Assembly: GCA_018302805.1 (NCBI GenBank)
Contig: JAGVZD010000001.1
Span: forward strand, 1 to 51,290
Direction of reading: 5' to 3'
Length of the DNA: 51,290 bases
Source of the DNA: Candidatus Woesearchaeota archaeon
GTDB taxonomy: Archaea; Nanobdellota; Nanobdellia; SCGC-AAA011-G17; JAGVZF01
Shown: piece after piece, positions 8,919 to 16,744 of the stretch
Position numbering within the stretch: position 1 is the first letter of the stretch
Layout of the letters: each line of letters begins with the position of its first letter
Notes under the pieces: model-generated
What the model was told of the DNA's origin: nothing
What the model saw: the letters and a program-made list of their open reading frames with translations, nothing else
Databases searched by the model: none
Translations under genes and position numbers: made by a program

Positions 8919-9659
8919 TTAACTTATACAACGTGTATATTTTTCAATGGCTGTTTCTAAGGCCATTAAATTGGATAGAATTGTTTTGCAATTATATGTA
9001 GATGCGGTTTCTAAAAAATCTTTAGTTGAAGGCATAAATTGTTCTAATATATTTAGTTTTTTTGCATGAGAGAGAATGCGCCAATTTGCGCAACCAGACA
9101 AATCAATAGTTCCCTTATTAATTGATCTTTCAATTGCTAGAGCTGTAAGAGGTCTGTCTTCTGGAATTAAACTCATTACAATTAATTGTGGGTGAAGTGT
9201 AGTCCTCTGAATAGCAGTCTCAATTTTACAATTTATTAGCTTATTTTTAACAACTTTAAATTCTGGTAATATTTCCTCAAGTTTTTTTGGATTACTTCCA
9301 TCAACGAAGCTATAGAGATCTGTTTTCAGTGCTTCATTTCCATACATTTTTCTGATAATACATTCTATATCTCTAGGATCTGTTATATTCAAAAGATTTA
9401 TCTTTAAATAAAAATCATATCGTGTTTTTGTAGGATAAATTGCAAACAAATCAGGTCCTAATGTAGTGATTGCTTTTCTTGTTTGAGTGTCTAATTCTAA
9501 GGATGTTTGTTGACCTGGCAATTCACCTTGAAAAAATTGTGTTAGATATTTTTCAAGAATAGATTTTGCTCCACTAACTAATTGTTCTTCATTAGACTTC
9601 TGACTGACAATATCTCTTTCATCGTCTGCAACTTGTTCTAATATTTTGTCTATTGGCAT
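8919..9659 (-). CDS. MPID-motif paralog 13 of 17, family C
   Basis: Starts MPIDKILEQVADDE. Shares LPEFKVVKNKL and LHPQLIVMS with 7408-8175. Its start overlaps the moxR stop by 1 nt. Confidence 0.8.
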   Translation of the reverse strand: MPIDKILEQVADDERDIVSQKSNEEQLVSGAKSILEKYLTQFFQGELPGQQTSLELDTQTRKAITTLGPDLFAIYPTKTRYDFYLKINLLNITDPRDIECIIRKMYGNEALKTDLYSFVDGSNPKKLEEILPEFKVVKNKLINCKIETAIQRTTLHPQLIVMSLIPEDRPLTALAIERSINKGTIDLSGCANWRILSHAKKLNILEQFMPSTKDFLETASTYNCKTILSNLMALETAIEKYTRCIS

Positions 9660-11131
9660 TATACATTATCTTCTTCTTGTTGCTTAGATTGTATTTTTGA
9701 TAGTAAGTATTTTTGCGCATGTGGTTTTAGTTCACTTTCCAACATCAATTTTCTCTGGAATTTTTGGAAATTGGCTTGAGTCATTTCCATGCTATCTATC
9801 TCATCAAATAAGGTTCTAAATTCTTTCTTTCCAGCTTCTTCAATTAATGGCTGGAAATGTCTCTTGACAACTAAATCTTTACTGATATCGTTAATCTTAG
9901 ATTTTTCTGGAGCAATATCCCCTCTAAGTACTTGGGGTAATTCTTTTAATGCATCTTTAACTGTATTATATGATTGAGTTGCCTTATCAACAAGTTGTTC
10001 TAAAAATTCTAATTTTGCACCATAAAATGGATCTTTACCTAGAATCATCTCATTTGGTTGAACTCTATGATACATTAAATAAGGTGCAATAGTAGATATT
10101 GTTTCTACTTGAACCTGTGGATTTTTAGGATCTGTGAATGCATTTACAAACCAAGCATATGCTTTTCCCCATCTTTGAAAGTCGAGGAATGCTCTACCAC
10201 TAATTCCAGTTTGCGTCATTTTACATATGGCTGCTGAAGTGTCAAAACCACAGCCTTTACATCTTTCTCCAACTGGGATTTCATTGTGTGATTTATCAAA
10301 GTAATCTGCTCTTTCACAAGTTGACACTGCCTGTGTTAAATAAATTGCATATACTAAGGCATCAGGACTCATTCTTACATCTTTTGAAATTAATTTTCTG
10401 GTTTTAGTAAGCTCGTCGAATGTCATTACTGGAGTTACTTTTAAATTCTGAAGTTTATCATCAAGTCTTTCTGCTAATAATGATAGGTCTGCTGCTGATG
10501 GTATTTGTGGTGCCGGTACACAGAAACTAAATCTGTCTATAAATGGCTTACTTAATGGATATGTACCAGAATCATTTGGATTTTCAGTGGCAAAAGCTAT
10601 GAAATCAGGTATTTCATATACTTGATCAATGAATTCGATTCTTCCTTTATTCATGATTTCAAATAGTGCATTTTGTGCTGGTGGTGGAAATCTATTAACT
10701 TCATCAATTATTTTTACAGGACATTTTACAAAATTTCTCCATAAAACTTCTTCTTCACCTGTAGTCATTAATTTTCCAAGCCTTAAAGTTGCTAATAATG
10801 TATTTACATTTTGGTCATCATTACCCCTGATCATAGCACTAAGGATCTCATCTTCAGGTATAGAAGTTAACATATGAGTTACCTTTTCTATTAAAGTTGT
10901 TTTACCTCCGCCATGACCACCTCTATAAATTACTCCACTTTTTGGAACTAAAGCATTAACTATTGCAGAGCTTGTAACAGGATCTAAATAAATTTTCTTT
11001 ATTTCTCCACCAGAATTTTTGTATGTAAATTCTATAGCCCCTCTACTGTTGTAATAAATACCTTGAGTAGGAATTTCTGTATAAGCTGTTCTTACCTTTT
11101 CCCTTAATGAATCATGAAGTTTTAAGTCCAT
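9659..11131 (-). CDS. MoxR-class AAA+ ATPase with a C-terminal extension
   Basis: Walker A GGHGGGKT (10898-10921), Walker B KIIDEVNRFPP, sensor-1 FATENPND and Arg-finger region PFIDRFSF, all in the order and spacing typical of MoxR/RavA-type AAA+ proteins. An additional roughly 230 aa C-terminal part contains CKGCGFDTSAAIC. Confidence 0.85.
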   Translation of the reverse strand: MDLKLHDSLREKVRTAYTEIPTQGIYYNSRGAIEFTYKNSGGEIKKIYLDPVTSSAIVNALVPKSGVIYRGGHGGGKTTLIEKVTHMLTSIPEDEILSAMIRGNDDQNVNTLLATLRLGKLMTTGEEEVLWRNFVKCPVKIIDEVNRFPPPAQNALFEIMNKGRIEFIDQVYEIPDFIAFATENPNDSGTYPLSKPFIDRFSFCVPAPQIPSAADLSLLAERLDDKLQNLKVTPVMTFDELTKTRKLISKDVRMSPDALVYAIYLTQAVSTCERADYFDKSHNEIPVGERCKGCGFDTSAAICKMTQTGISGRAFLDFQRWGKAYAWFVNAFTDPKNPQVQVETISTIAPYLMYHRVQPNEMILGKDPFYGAKLEFLEQLVDKATQSYNTVKDALKELPQVLRGDIAPEKSKINDISKDLVVKRHFQPLIEEAGKKEFRTLFDEIDSMEMTQANFQKFQRKLMLESELKPHAQKYLLSKIQSKQQEEDNV

Positions 11132-11132
11132 T

Positions 11133-11936
11133 TTATGCCTCCGTTAATATTAATTCTGGATGATATTTTGATAATCTGTCAAATAAATTGGATTTAACAA
11201 TATCTGTATCTGGTGTCCCATTATAGTTTGATATAAATTCGAATAATTCTACAAGATCACAATACATTTCTTTTATTTCTTTAACTCCAGTTTGTTCACA
11301 AAAATTTTTTAATTCTGTTTTTGATGGCATTTTAAAAAAATGCAAAACTACTTTTCTTAATGGTATTTCAAATTCTGATAGTGCCAAATATTTATCAGAT
11401 TCCCAGTTTGAAAGTTCAGCACATCTTCTAAATTTATCTCCTTCATTTATAAACAGACTTAAAAATTCATAATTTGGTATAGAGAAAAAATTAGGACCTA
11501 CATCTTTAACAAAATGTGATATTTTATCTTTCTGTAATAATAATTCTAATTCATTGTACTCACCAGAGGGAATATCGATATGGGTTGTATTAAGTAATAA
11601 TGCTGAAAAGTCTGTTTCCTTTAATAGATAACCTAAATCTACATCAAGATCACTTACTAAGTTTATCAATTCAGGCTTTGTTAAAGGTACAAAGCTTGGT
11701 AACAAATTTTTCTGAAATCTAAACCACGGGAGATATTTTTCAATTGGTGCATATGAGCAGCAATCGCCATTTCTATTACTTGTCCGTCTGTAATTTTCAT
11801 TATGCATATTAACTACAGATCTTACATAACCTCTAAGCAGTTGAATTATTTGATTATTTGGAGTTTCAATTAATTTAGGTTGTTCTGGTTTATTTTCAGG
11901 AACTTCAAGATTTTCGAGCTGTTGGTCTATTGGCAT
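11133..11936 (-). CDS. MPID-motif paralog 12 of 17, family D
   Basis: Starts MPIDQQLENLEVPENK. Contains FFSIPNYEFLSLFINEG and C-terminal YHPELILTEA, which match the paralog at 17516-18298. Confidence 0.8.
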   Translation of the reverse strand: MPIDQQLENLEVPENKPEQPKLIETPNNQIIQLLRGYVRSVVNMHNENYRRTSNRNGDCCSYAPIEKYLPWFRFQKNLLPSFVPLTKPELINLVSDLDVDLGYLLKETDFSALLLNTTHIDIPSGEYNELELLLQKDKISHFVKDVGPNFFSIPNYEFLSLFINEGDKFRRCAELSNWESDKYLALSEFEIPLRKVVLHFFKMPSKTELKNFCEQTGVKEIKEMYCDLVELFEFISNYNGTPDTDIVKSNLFDRLSKYHPELILTEA

Positions 11937-11966
11937 GTTTTATCAATATTTTAAGCTTTTTAGTGA

Positions 11967-11974
11967 TTTATAAA
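11967..11974 (-). promoter_or_regulatory. Internal BRE/TATA promoter in front of paralog 12 and moxR, with a conserved upstream element at 11996-12008
   Basis: On the coding strand: TGTTACTACTATT, then 21 nt, then (GAAAGG)TTTATAAA, then 30 nt to ATG 11936. It is a near copy of the element set at 21081-21122. Confidence 0.5.
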
Positions 11975-12010
11975 CCTTTCGTTTTATAATCTCTAAATAG
12001 TAGTAACATT

Positions 12011-12901
12011 TTAAAGTAGTTCTAGTGCTTTGACTTTTGTAGTAGCCTGACGAATTCCAATGAAATATGGTTTATTATGAATTGGAATAGTACAATTTAA
12101 TATTAAATAATTCGCTTCACCAGGGAAACCAGACGCCGAAATATCTGAAAAGGCTTCAAATGTAGTCCCACATGCATCCATTGGAGCTTTATAAACTAAA
12201 CCAAGATTCATTCCTTTATAAACATTATTATTAGTTGGCAAACCTTGAATACTTGGATACATTAACCAATGATTAAAATCAATTCCAGTTGTTAACCCCC
12301 TATTTTCTGATAATGTTTTTACATCTAACTCTTCCACTTTAAAATCTAATTGACTTTGTGTATTAAATTTATAATATAATACAAATAAAGTATCTTTTAC
12401 TTTAATGTAATTCTGATTTAACCATTCCCCTTTTGTTTTATCACAAGAAAGTAAATCATCAATAATCGAATTTTGTTCATTGGTTTGAATTAAAATTCCA
12501 TGTCCATTGTATACTTTCTCCTGAGTTATTAATTTTAGAAATTCAATAAAAATATTTGGAGGTAAGATGAAGCTATTTAAATCTCTCATCAGCAGATTTG
12601 CTTCATGAAGTGAAATATTATGTATTGGATCGGAGTTATAAAATGGCTGAAATGGCCTATCATAATTGTGAAACTCTTCATAATCTATTTTCAATTTTTT
12701 ACATATACTTTCAATTTTCTTATCATTAACTAATTTCCTTTTGGCAACTAGTAAATCTGGATGTTCTTTGGTTTCTGGCAATAAAACAAATTCATCTAAA
12801 TATATTTCTGGAATAATTTCTTTTTCAGATGGATATTTTATCTTATTTTTTATTTGTATTTTTCTATTTTCCAATTTCCTTAAATAATCATCTATTGGCA
12901 T
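12011..12901 (-). CDS. MPID-motif paralog 11 of 17, family A (subfamily A2)
   Basis: Starts MPIDDYLRKLENRK. Contains VLLPETKEHPDLLV, IFIEFLKLITQ, GEWLNQ and QGLPTNN. Its start overlaps the upstream stop by 1 nt (TAATG). Confidence 0.8.
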   Translation of the reverse strand: MPIDDYLRKLENRKIQIKNKIKYPSEKEIIPEIYLDEFVLLPETKEHPDLLVAKRKLVNDKKIESICKKLKIDYEEFHNYDRPFQPFYNSDPIHNISLHEANLLMRDLNSFILPPNIFIEFLKLITQEKVYNGHGILIQTNEQNSIIDDLLSCDKTKGEWLNQNYIKVKDTLFVLYYKFNTQSQLDFKVEELDVKTLSENRGLTTGIDFNHWLMYPSIQGLPTNNNVYKGMNLGLVYKAPMDACGTTFEAFSDISASGFPGEANYLILNCTIPIHNKPYFIGIRQATTKVKALELL

Positions 12902-13629
12902 TATTTACTCCTTATTCTAGCATGACGTACCCCGAGGACAGGATCCGAGCTCGAAGGATCCCTATTGCAACTCAGGAAAGCCCCGACTGAATCAGCGTAG
13001 AACCAAGCGACACAATTATTGTCCTCCAAGGGGGCATAATAATATAACTCCCCATTTTTAATTTTACGAGGCGGTAATCCGTGAATAGTTGCTGTATTAA
13101 GCCAATCGTCTAAATTAATTCCTATACCTGCACCTTTGAGTAAATGATTTGAAGATGTTCGAATTTGACCTGGTATTAAGTCACCATTAATAATTCGATT
13201 ATCATATTTTATATATAATAGATTATTATTAATATTAAAAAGTGCATCTATCCATTCTCCTCTTAAAGGATCTCTTTTTTCGAAAATATCATCTAAAATT
13301 AATTCTAATATTTTAGGTTCTATTAAATTTCCATTTTCATCAAATGCTTTGCCATTTTTCAGTAATTTAAGAAAATCCACATATTGCCTTAGATTTAACA
13401 TGAATGAATCTTCTTCATATAATGCTTGATGTGTTTCATACCAATTTTTTCCATGATGTGACTTTCCCATAGAAACTAATAAATCTGGATATGAATATGT
13501 CTCATGTAATTTTCCTTCAAGGATTATGTATCTTCGAGTATTTTCAATAGAAAATATTGGTAGTGGATTTAAAATCTTTTTTGATACCCTGGATCCTTCT
13601 AATTTTTCTAGATACTTATCTATCGGCAT
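12901..13629 (-). CDS. MPID-motif paralog 10 of 17, family A
   Basis: Starts MPIDKYLEKLEGSR. Contains YIILEGKLHETYSYPDLLV, MLNLRQYVDFLKLLKNG, GEWIDALF, HGLPPRK and C-terminal LGVRHARIRSK. The last roughly 40 codons are strikingly GC-rich. Confidence 0.8.
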   Translation of the reverse strand: MPIDKYLEKLEGSRVSKKILNPLPIFSIENTRRYIILEGKLHETYSYPDLLVSMGKSHHGKNWYETHQALYEEDSFMLNLRQYVDFLKLLKNGKAFDENGNLIEPKILELILDDIFEKRDPLRGEWIDALFNINNNLLYIKYDNRIINGDLIPGQIRTSSNHLLKGAGIGINLDDWLNTATIHGLPPRKIKNGELYYYAPLEDNNCVAWFYADSVGAFLSCNRDPSSSDPVLGVRHARIRSK

Positions 13630-13631
13630 TT

Positions 13632-14447
13632 TTATGTTTTAATTCTTGCATGTCGTACTCCAAAATTATCATCATAGTATTCAGAACTCGTATCAAAAAA
13701 TAGACCAGTGCCCCAGGAATCAACCCGGAAATAAGCGATATCAAGGTACTTTGTTGAAGGCCAGTAATAAAATTCTCCACTAGCAACATCTTTTTTAGGC
13801 AATCCTTGTTTTGTTGAATTTCTTAACCAATTATTAAGACTAATTCGCTTTTCTTGTATTAATGCATCTTCTTCTATTGGTTCTTCAACTTCTGTTAATC
13901 TACTAGTAGGATCAAATTTAAGATATTTTATTTTCCCACTGTATATTAGTTGATTATTAATCCTCTTTACTTTAATGTTATATCTTCCATTTAGCCATTC
14001 CATTCTCGCAGGACTTCTTACATTTAATAAATCTTCTAATATTGCCTCTATTCTTCTTTGAGCAACTGGATTATTATTTTCATCTAATGTATTTCCTGAC
14101 ATTAATTTATTTACAAATTCAACAAATAAATTTAGTGGAAGTGTAAATCCGCCCAGAGCTGTATTTATATCAATAGCTTGATCATAATTACTGATTCCTA
14201 AATATCCATTTTTATATAATGAATCTCTATTATCATTATTTTGCGGATTTATCTCAAGGGATCTCACAAAACTTTCTATATTTTCTGTGTACACAAACCT
14301 TGTTTGCGAAACCAATATATCTGGATGTTCTTTGGTTTCTGGCAATAATATGTATGATTCAGTATCCAGACTAATTGAATTAGGTAATTTTATTTTACTA
14401 AATATTCTTATTCCTTCTAATTTTTCTAGATATTTATCTATTGGCAT
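13632..14447 (-). CDS. MPID-motif paralog 9 of 17, family A (subfamily A2)
   Basis: Starts MPIDKYLEKLEGIR. Contains YILLPETKEHPDILV, LNLFVEFVNKLMSG, MEWLNG, QGLPKKDVASGEFYYW and C-terminal FGVRHARIKT. Confidence 0.8.
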   Translation of the reverse strand: MPIDKYLEKLEGIRIFSKIKLPNSISLDTESYILLPETKEHPDILVSQTRFVYTENIESFVRSLEINPQNNDNRDSLYKNGYLGISNYDQAIDINTALGGFTLPLNLFVEFVNKLMSGNTLDENNNPVAQRRIEAILEDLLNVRSPARMEWLNGRYNIKVKRINNQLIYSGKIKYLKFDPTSRLTEVEEPIEEDALIQEKRISLNNWLRNSTKQGLPKKDVASGEFYYWPSTKYLDIAYFRVDSWGTGLFFDTSSEYYDDNFGVRHARIKT

Positions 14448-14449
14448 TT

Positions 14450-15190
14450 TTATTTAAATACATTAAAAAATGATTTCTTTAGTTTGGGTGATTGATCTTG
14501 AAACCAACCATCTTGATAATGATTTGTAATTAGCTTTATATCAGTTTTATCTTTTGAAAAAATTTCTAAATTATTTAAATATAACACAAAATAAGAAGGT
14601 GTAATCTTATGTCCTGTGATATGTGTAAAATCATCTTTTAATTTAGAAATAAGTTTAGACAAAGCTGTTCCAAGGCTTACTACTTGAACTAAATTTTGTG
14701 TATTCATTAAATCTTTTGAGATATCATCCATTCTTAAACATAGATCTATTAAATGAGGCGAAGGATTGCTTATGTCAGGTAAATTATCTGAAAATAAATT
14801 GATATTATAGTATGTTTCTACGGTTTTATCCTTGATCCATTTATAAAGAGATGGTGGAATTGTCACTTCACTGCTTGGGTAATTGGATAAAGTAGTAAAG
14901 GAGATTTTCCAATCTTCTAGGTTTGCCGATAAATTTCCTAGATTTTCTGTAACTCCTAAATAAAAATTATGATATTGTTTAAACCTCTCTAGTTGATTTA
15001 AAATATCTATGGTATAAGCATTCATAGTAGTGAATGGCGGAAATTGTTTACCTATTAATTCAAATTCTTTGAATAATTGAGATAATTCATTGACTGGTAA
15101 AGTTAAATTTGATAATTGATTTTGCAATGGCAGTTCTTGAGCCTTGGTATTTGAAACTTCTAACTCCGATAATTGATCATCTATTGGCAT
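14450..15190 (-). CDS. MPID-motif paralog 8 of 17, family B (start moved to the MPID Met)
   Basis: The ORF track starts at 15208 (MVEYITMPID...). The MPID Met is at 15188-15190. Ends SPKLKKSFFNVFK. Confidence 0.75.
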   Translation of the reverse strand: MPIDDQLSELEVSNTKAQELPLQNQLSNLTLPVNELSQLFKEFELIGKQFPPFTTMNAYTIDILNQLERFKQYHNFYLGVTENLGNLSANLEDWKISFTTLSNYPSSEVTIPPSLYKWIKDKTVETYYNINLFSDNLPDISNPSPHLIDLCLRMDDISKDLMNTQNLVQVVSLGTALSKLISKLKDDFTHITGHKITPSYFVLYLNNLEIFSKDKTDIKLITNHYQDGWFQDQSPKLKKSFFNVFK

Positions 15191-15192
15191 AG

Positions 15193-15924
15193 TTATATAT
15201 TCCACCATTTCTTTGGTTTTGGTGAAAGATCTTTAAATGAACTAGTGTAATCATAGTATGTATTTAATTTAATCATCGTTTTATTTTGTGAAAACTGCTT
15301 AATTGAGTTTAAATATGCAATAAAATTACTAGGATTAATCTCGTAACCCTTATACATTATATATTGTTGATGTAATTTACTCACTAGGGTATTCAATCCA
15401 GATCCCATTGAAACTACTTTAGATAAATTTTGGGTTGTTTGCAACTCATTTGAAATCAAATCTATTTTTTCACATACATCTGTTAACCATGGAAGTGATG
15501 AACAATTATATTTTGATTTTTGTGATGCTTTATTTATTTCTGAATAAGCAGCATTAACTTCCTTTATAATCCAATCATATAAGGAATTTGCAATTGTTGT
15601 ATCATTATTATTTATAGAAGGTAATAGATTAAATGATGATTGCCAGTTATTAAGTTCTGAACATAATTTCTGAAAACTATTACAAACATCACTGTAAAAT
15701 ACTATATACGGATGAAACCTTTCCACTACTGTCAAAATTGAGGCTGTATACATATCTAAATAAGAATTTGGTGGAATTTCTTTTACAATTGTCCTGAATT
15801 CTAATAATAAAAATGCCAGTTGATCTGCAGGTAAAATTAAATTAAATGGGCTCGGCAATGAGTTCTTTAGTTTTACCTTTGTGTTTGAATCTTCCAATCC
15901 TGATAAATGTTGGTCTATTGGCAT
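15193..15924 (-). CDS. MPID-motif paralog 7 of 17, family B (start moved to the MPID Met)
   Basis: The ORF track starts at 15942 (MEKKINMPID...). The MPID Met is at 15922-15924, 2 nt after the upstream stop. Confidence 0.75.
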   Translation of the reverse strand: MPIDQHLSGLEDSNTKVKLKNSLPSPFNLILPADQLAFLLLEFRTIVKEIPPNSYLDMYTASILTVVERFHPYIVFYSDVCNSFQKLCSELNNWQSSFNLLPSINNNDTTIANSLYDWIIKEVNAAYSEINKASQKSKYNCSSLPWLTDVCEKIDLISNELQTTQNLSKVVSMGSGLNTLVSKLHQQYIMYKGYEINPSNFIAYLNSIKQFSQNKTMIKLNTYYDYTSSFKDLSPKPKKWWNI

Positions 15925-15950
15925 GTTTATTTTCTTCTCCAAAATGATTT
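15908..15950 (-). repeat. 43 nt gene-junction repeat, copy 1 (C-terminal tail + RBS + stop + MPID start)
   Basis: tgttggtctattggcatgtttattttcttctccaaaatgattt matches 16702-16744 at 41 of 43 positions by hand alignment. On the coding strand it reads AAATCATTTTGGAGAAGAAAATAAAcATGCCaATAGACCAACA. Confidence 0.8.
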
Positions 15951-16718
15951 CTTCAACTTAGGTTTTGATGTGTGGTCTTGTATATTTAGTAATTTACCAC
16001 CATTGCAATACCCAGAGATTAAAGTTTTACCATGAGCAAAATTCACTAAACGTTCAATATCATCACAAAACTGAGTACAATTAGGAGGATTTTCCTTTTT
16101 CCAATTCCAATATGGACATGCATAATATCCATTTATCTTATTTATTTGGGACAGAATAGAATGACCAAGTAGATTTACATCAACCAAATCAGAAGTGTTA
16201 TATAAATCTACTAAATTATTATTAATCCCATTACAATATTTTAAAATTTCATATGTTACGCCAGATTTTGGCTGAATTGTTAATTCTGTGGAATTAATTT
16301 TTTTAAAGGCTTCTTCTATTGGGTCTATTATTTGGGCGTATAACGATGGCGGTATTTGCTTAGGATTATGTATAAATGCAGATAATTCTCTGATGTTTCT
16401 AAATGATCTACTCCAAACTTGAAGATTTTCTGAGAGGTTTGACATAGATTCTGCAAAATTAGAAAGATATTCTCGGTATGGCCATATATCTTTTATTTTA
16501 TCTAGAAGATCTCTAGTTGATATTTCATCTGTAGTATAATGACTGAAATTTAACTTGCCCCAGGTTTGAGCGAAAATTGGATGTAAATTTGCTATATTAT
16601 TTGATGGAAGCATAAATGGCGCTTGGAATCCATATAATATTTTCTTTTCTATTCCATTATTTTCTTTTCCTTTAGAAGGTAAATCTTCAAGATTTTCGAG
16701 CTGTTGGTCTATAGGCAT
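15927..16718 (-). CDS. MPID-motif paralog 6 of 17, family B (start moved to the MPID Met)
   Basis: The ORF track starts at 16736 (MEKKIKMPID...). Aligning all paralogs puts the real start at ATG 16716-16718, 2 nt after the upstream stop. Ends KLKKSFWRRK. Confidence 0.75.
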   Translation of the reverse strand: MPIDQQLENLEDLPSKGKENNGIEKKILYGFQAPFMLPSNNIANLHPIFAQTWGKLNFSHYTTDEISTRDLLDKIKDIWPYREYLSNFAESMSNLSENLQVWSRSFRNIRELSAFIHNPKQIPPSLYAQIIDPIEEAFKKINSTELTIQPKSGVTYEILKYCNGINNNLVDLYNTSDLVDVNLLGHSILSQINKINGYYACPYWNWKKENPPNCTQFCDDIERLVNFAHGKTLISGYCNGGKLLNIQDHTSKPKLKKSFWRRK

Positions 16719-16744
16719 TTTTATTTTCTTCTCCAAAATGATTT
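16702..16744 (-). repeat. 43 nt gene-junction repeat, copy 2
   Basis: tgttggtctataggcatttttattttcttctccaaaatgattt. See 15908-15950. Confidence 0.8.

Noticed and set aside
12941-12961. The polylinker-like string GGATCC-GAGCTC-GAA-GGATCC (BamHI-SacI-BamHI). On the coding strand, GAGCTCGGATCC resembles common cloning-vector multiple cloning sites.
   Set aside because: It lies in frame inside a paralog. It encodes DPSSSDP directly before the family-conserved LGVRHAR ending, and genuine gene sequence flanks it on both sides. Vector contamination would break the ORF and the paralog alignment. It is treated as part of the GC-rich 3' island.
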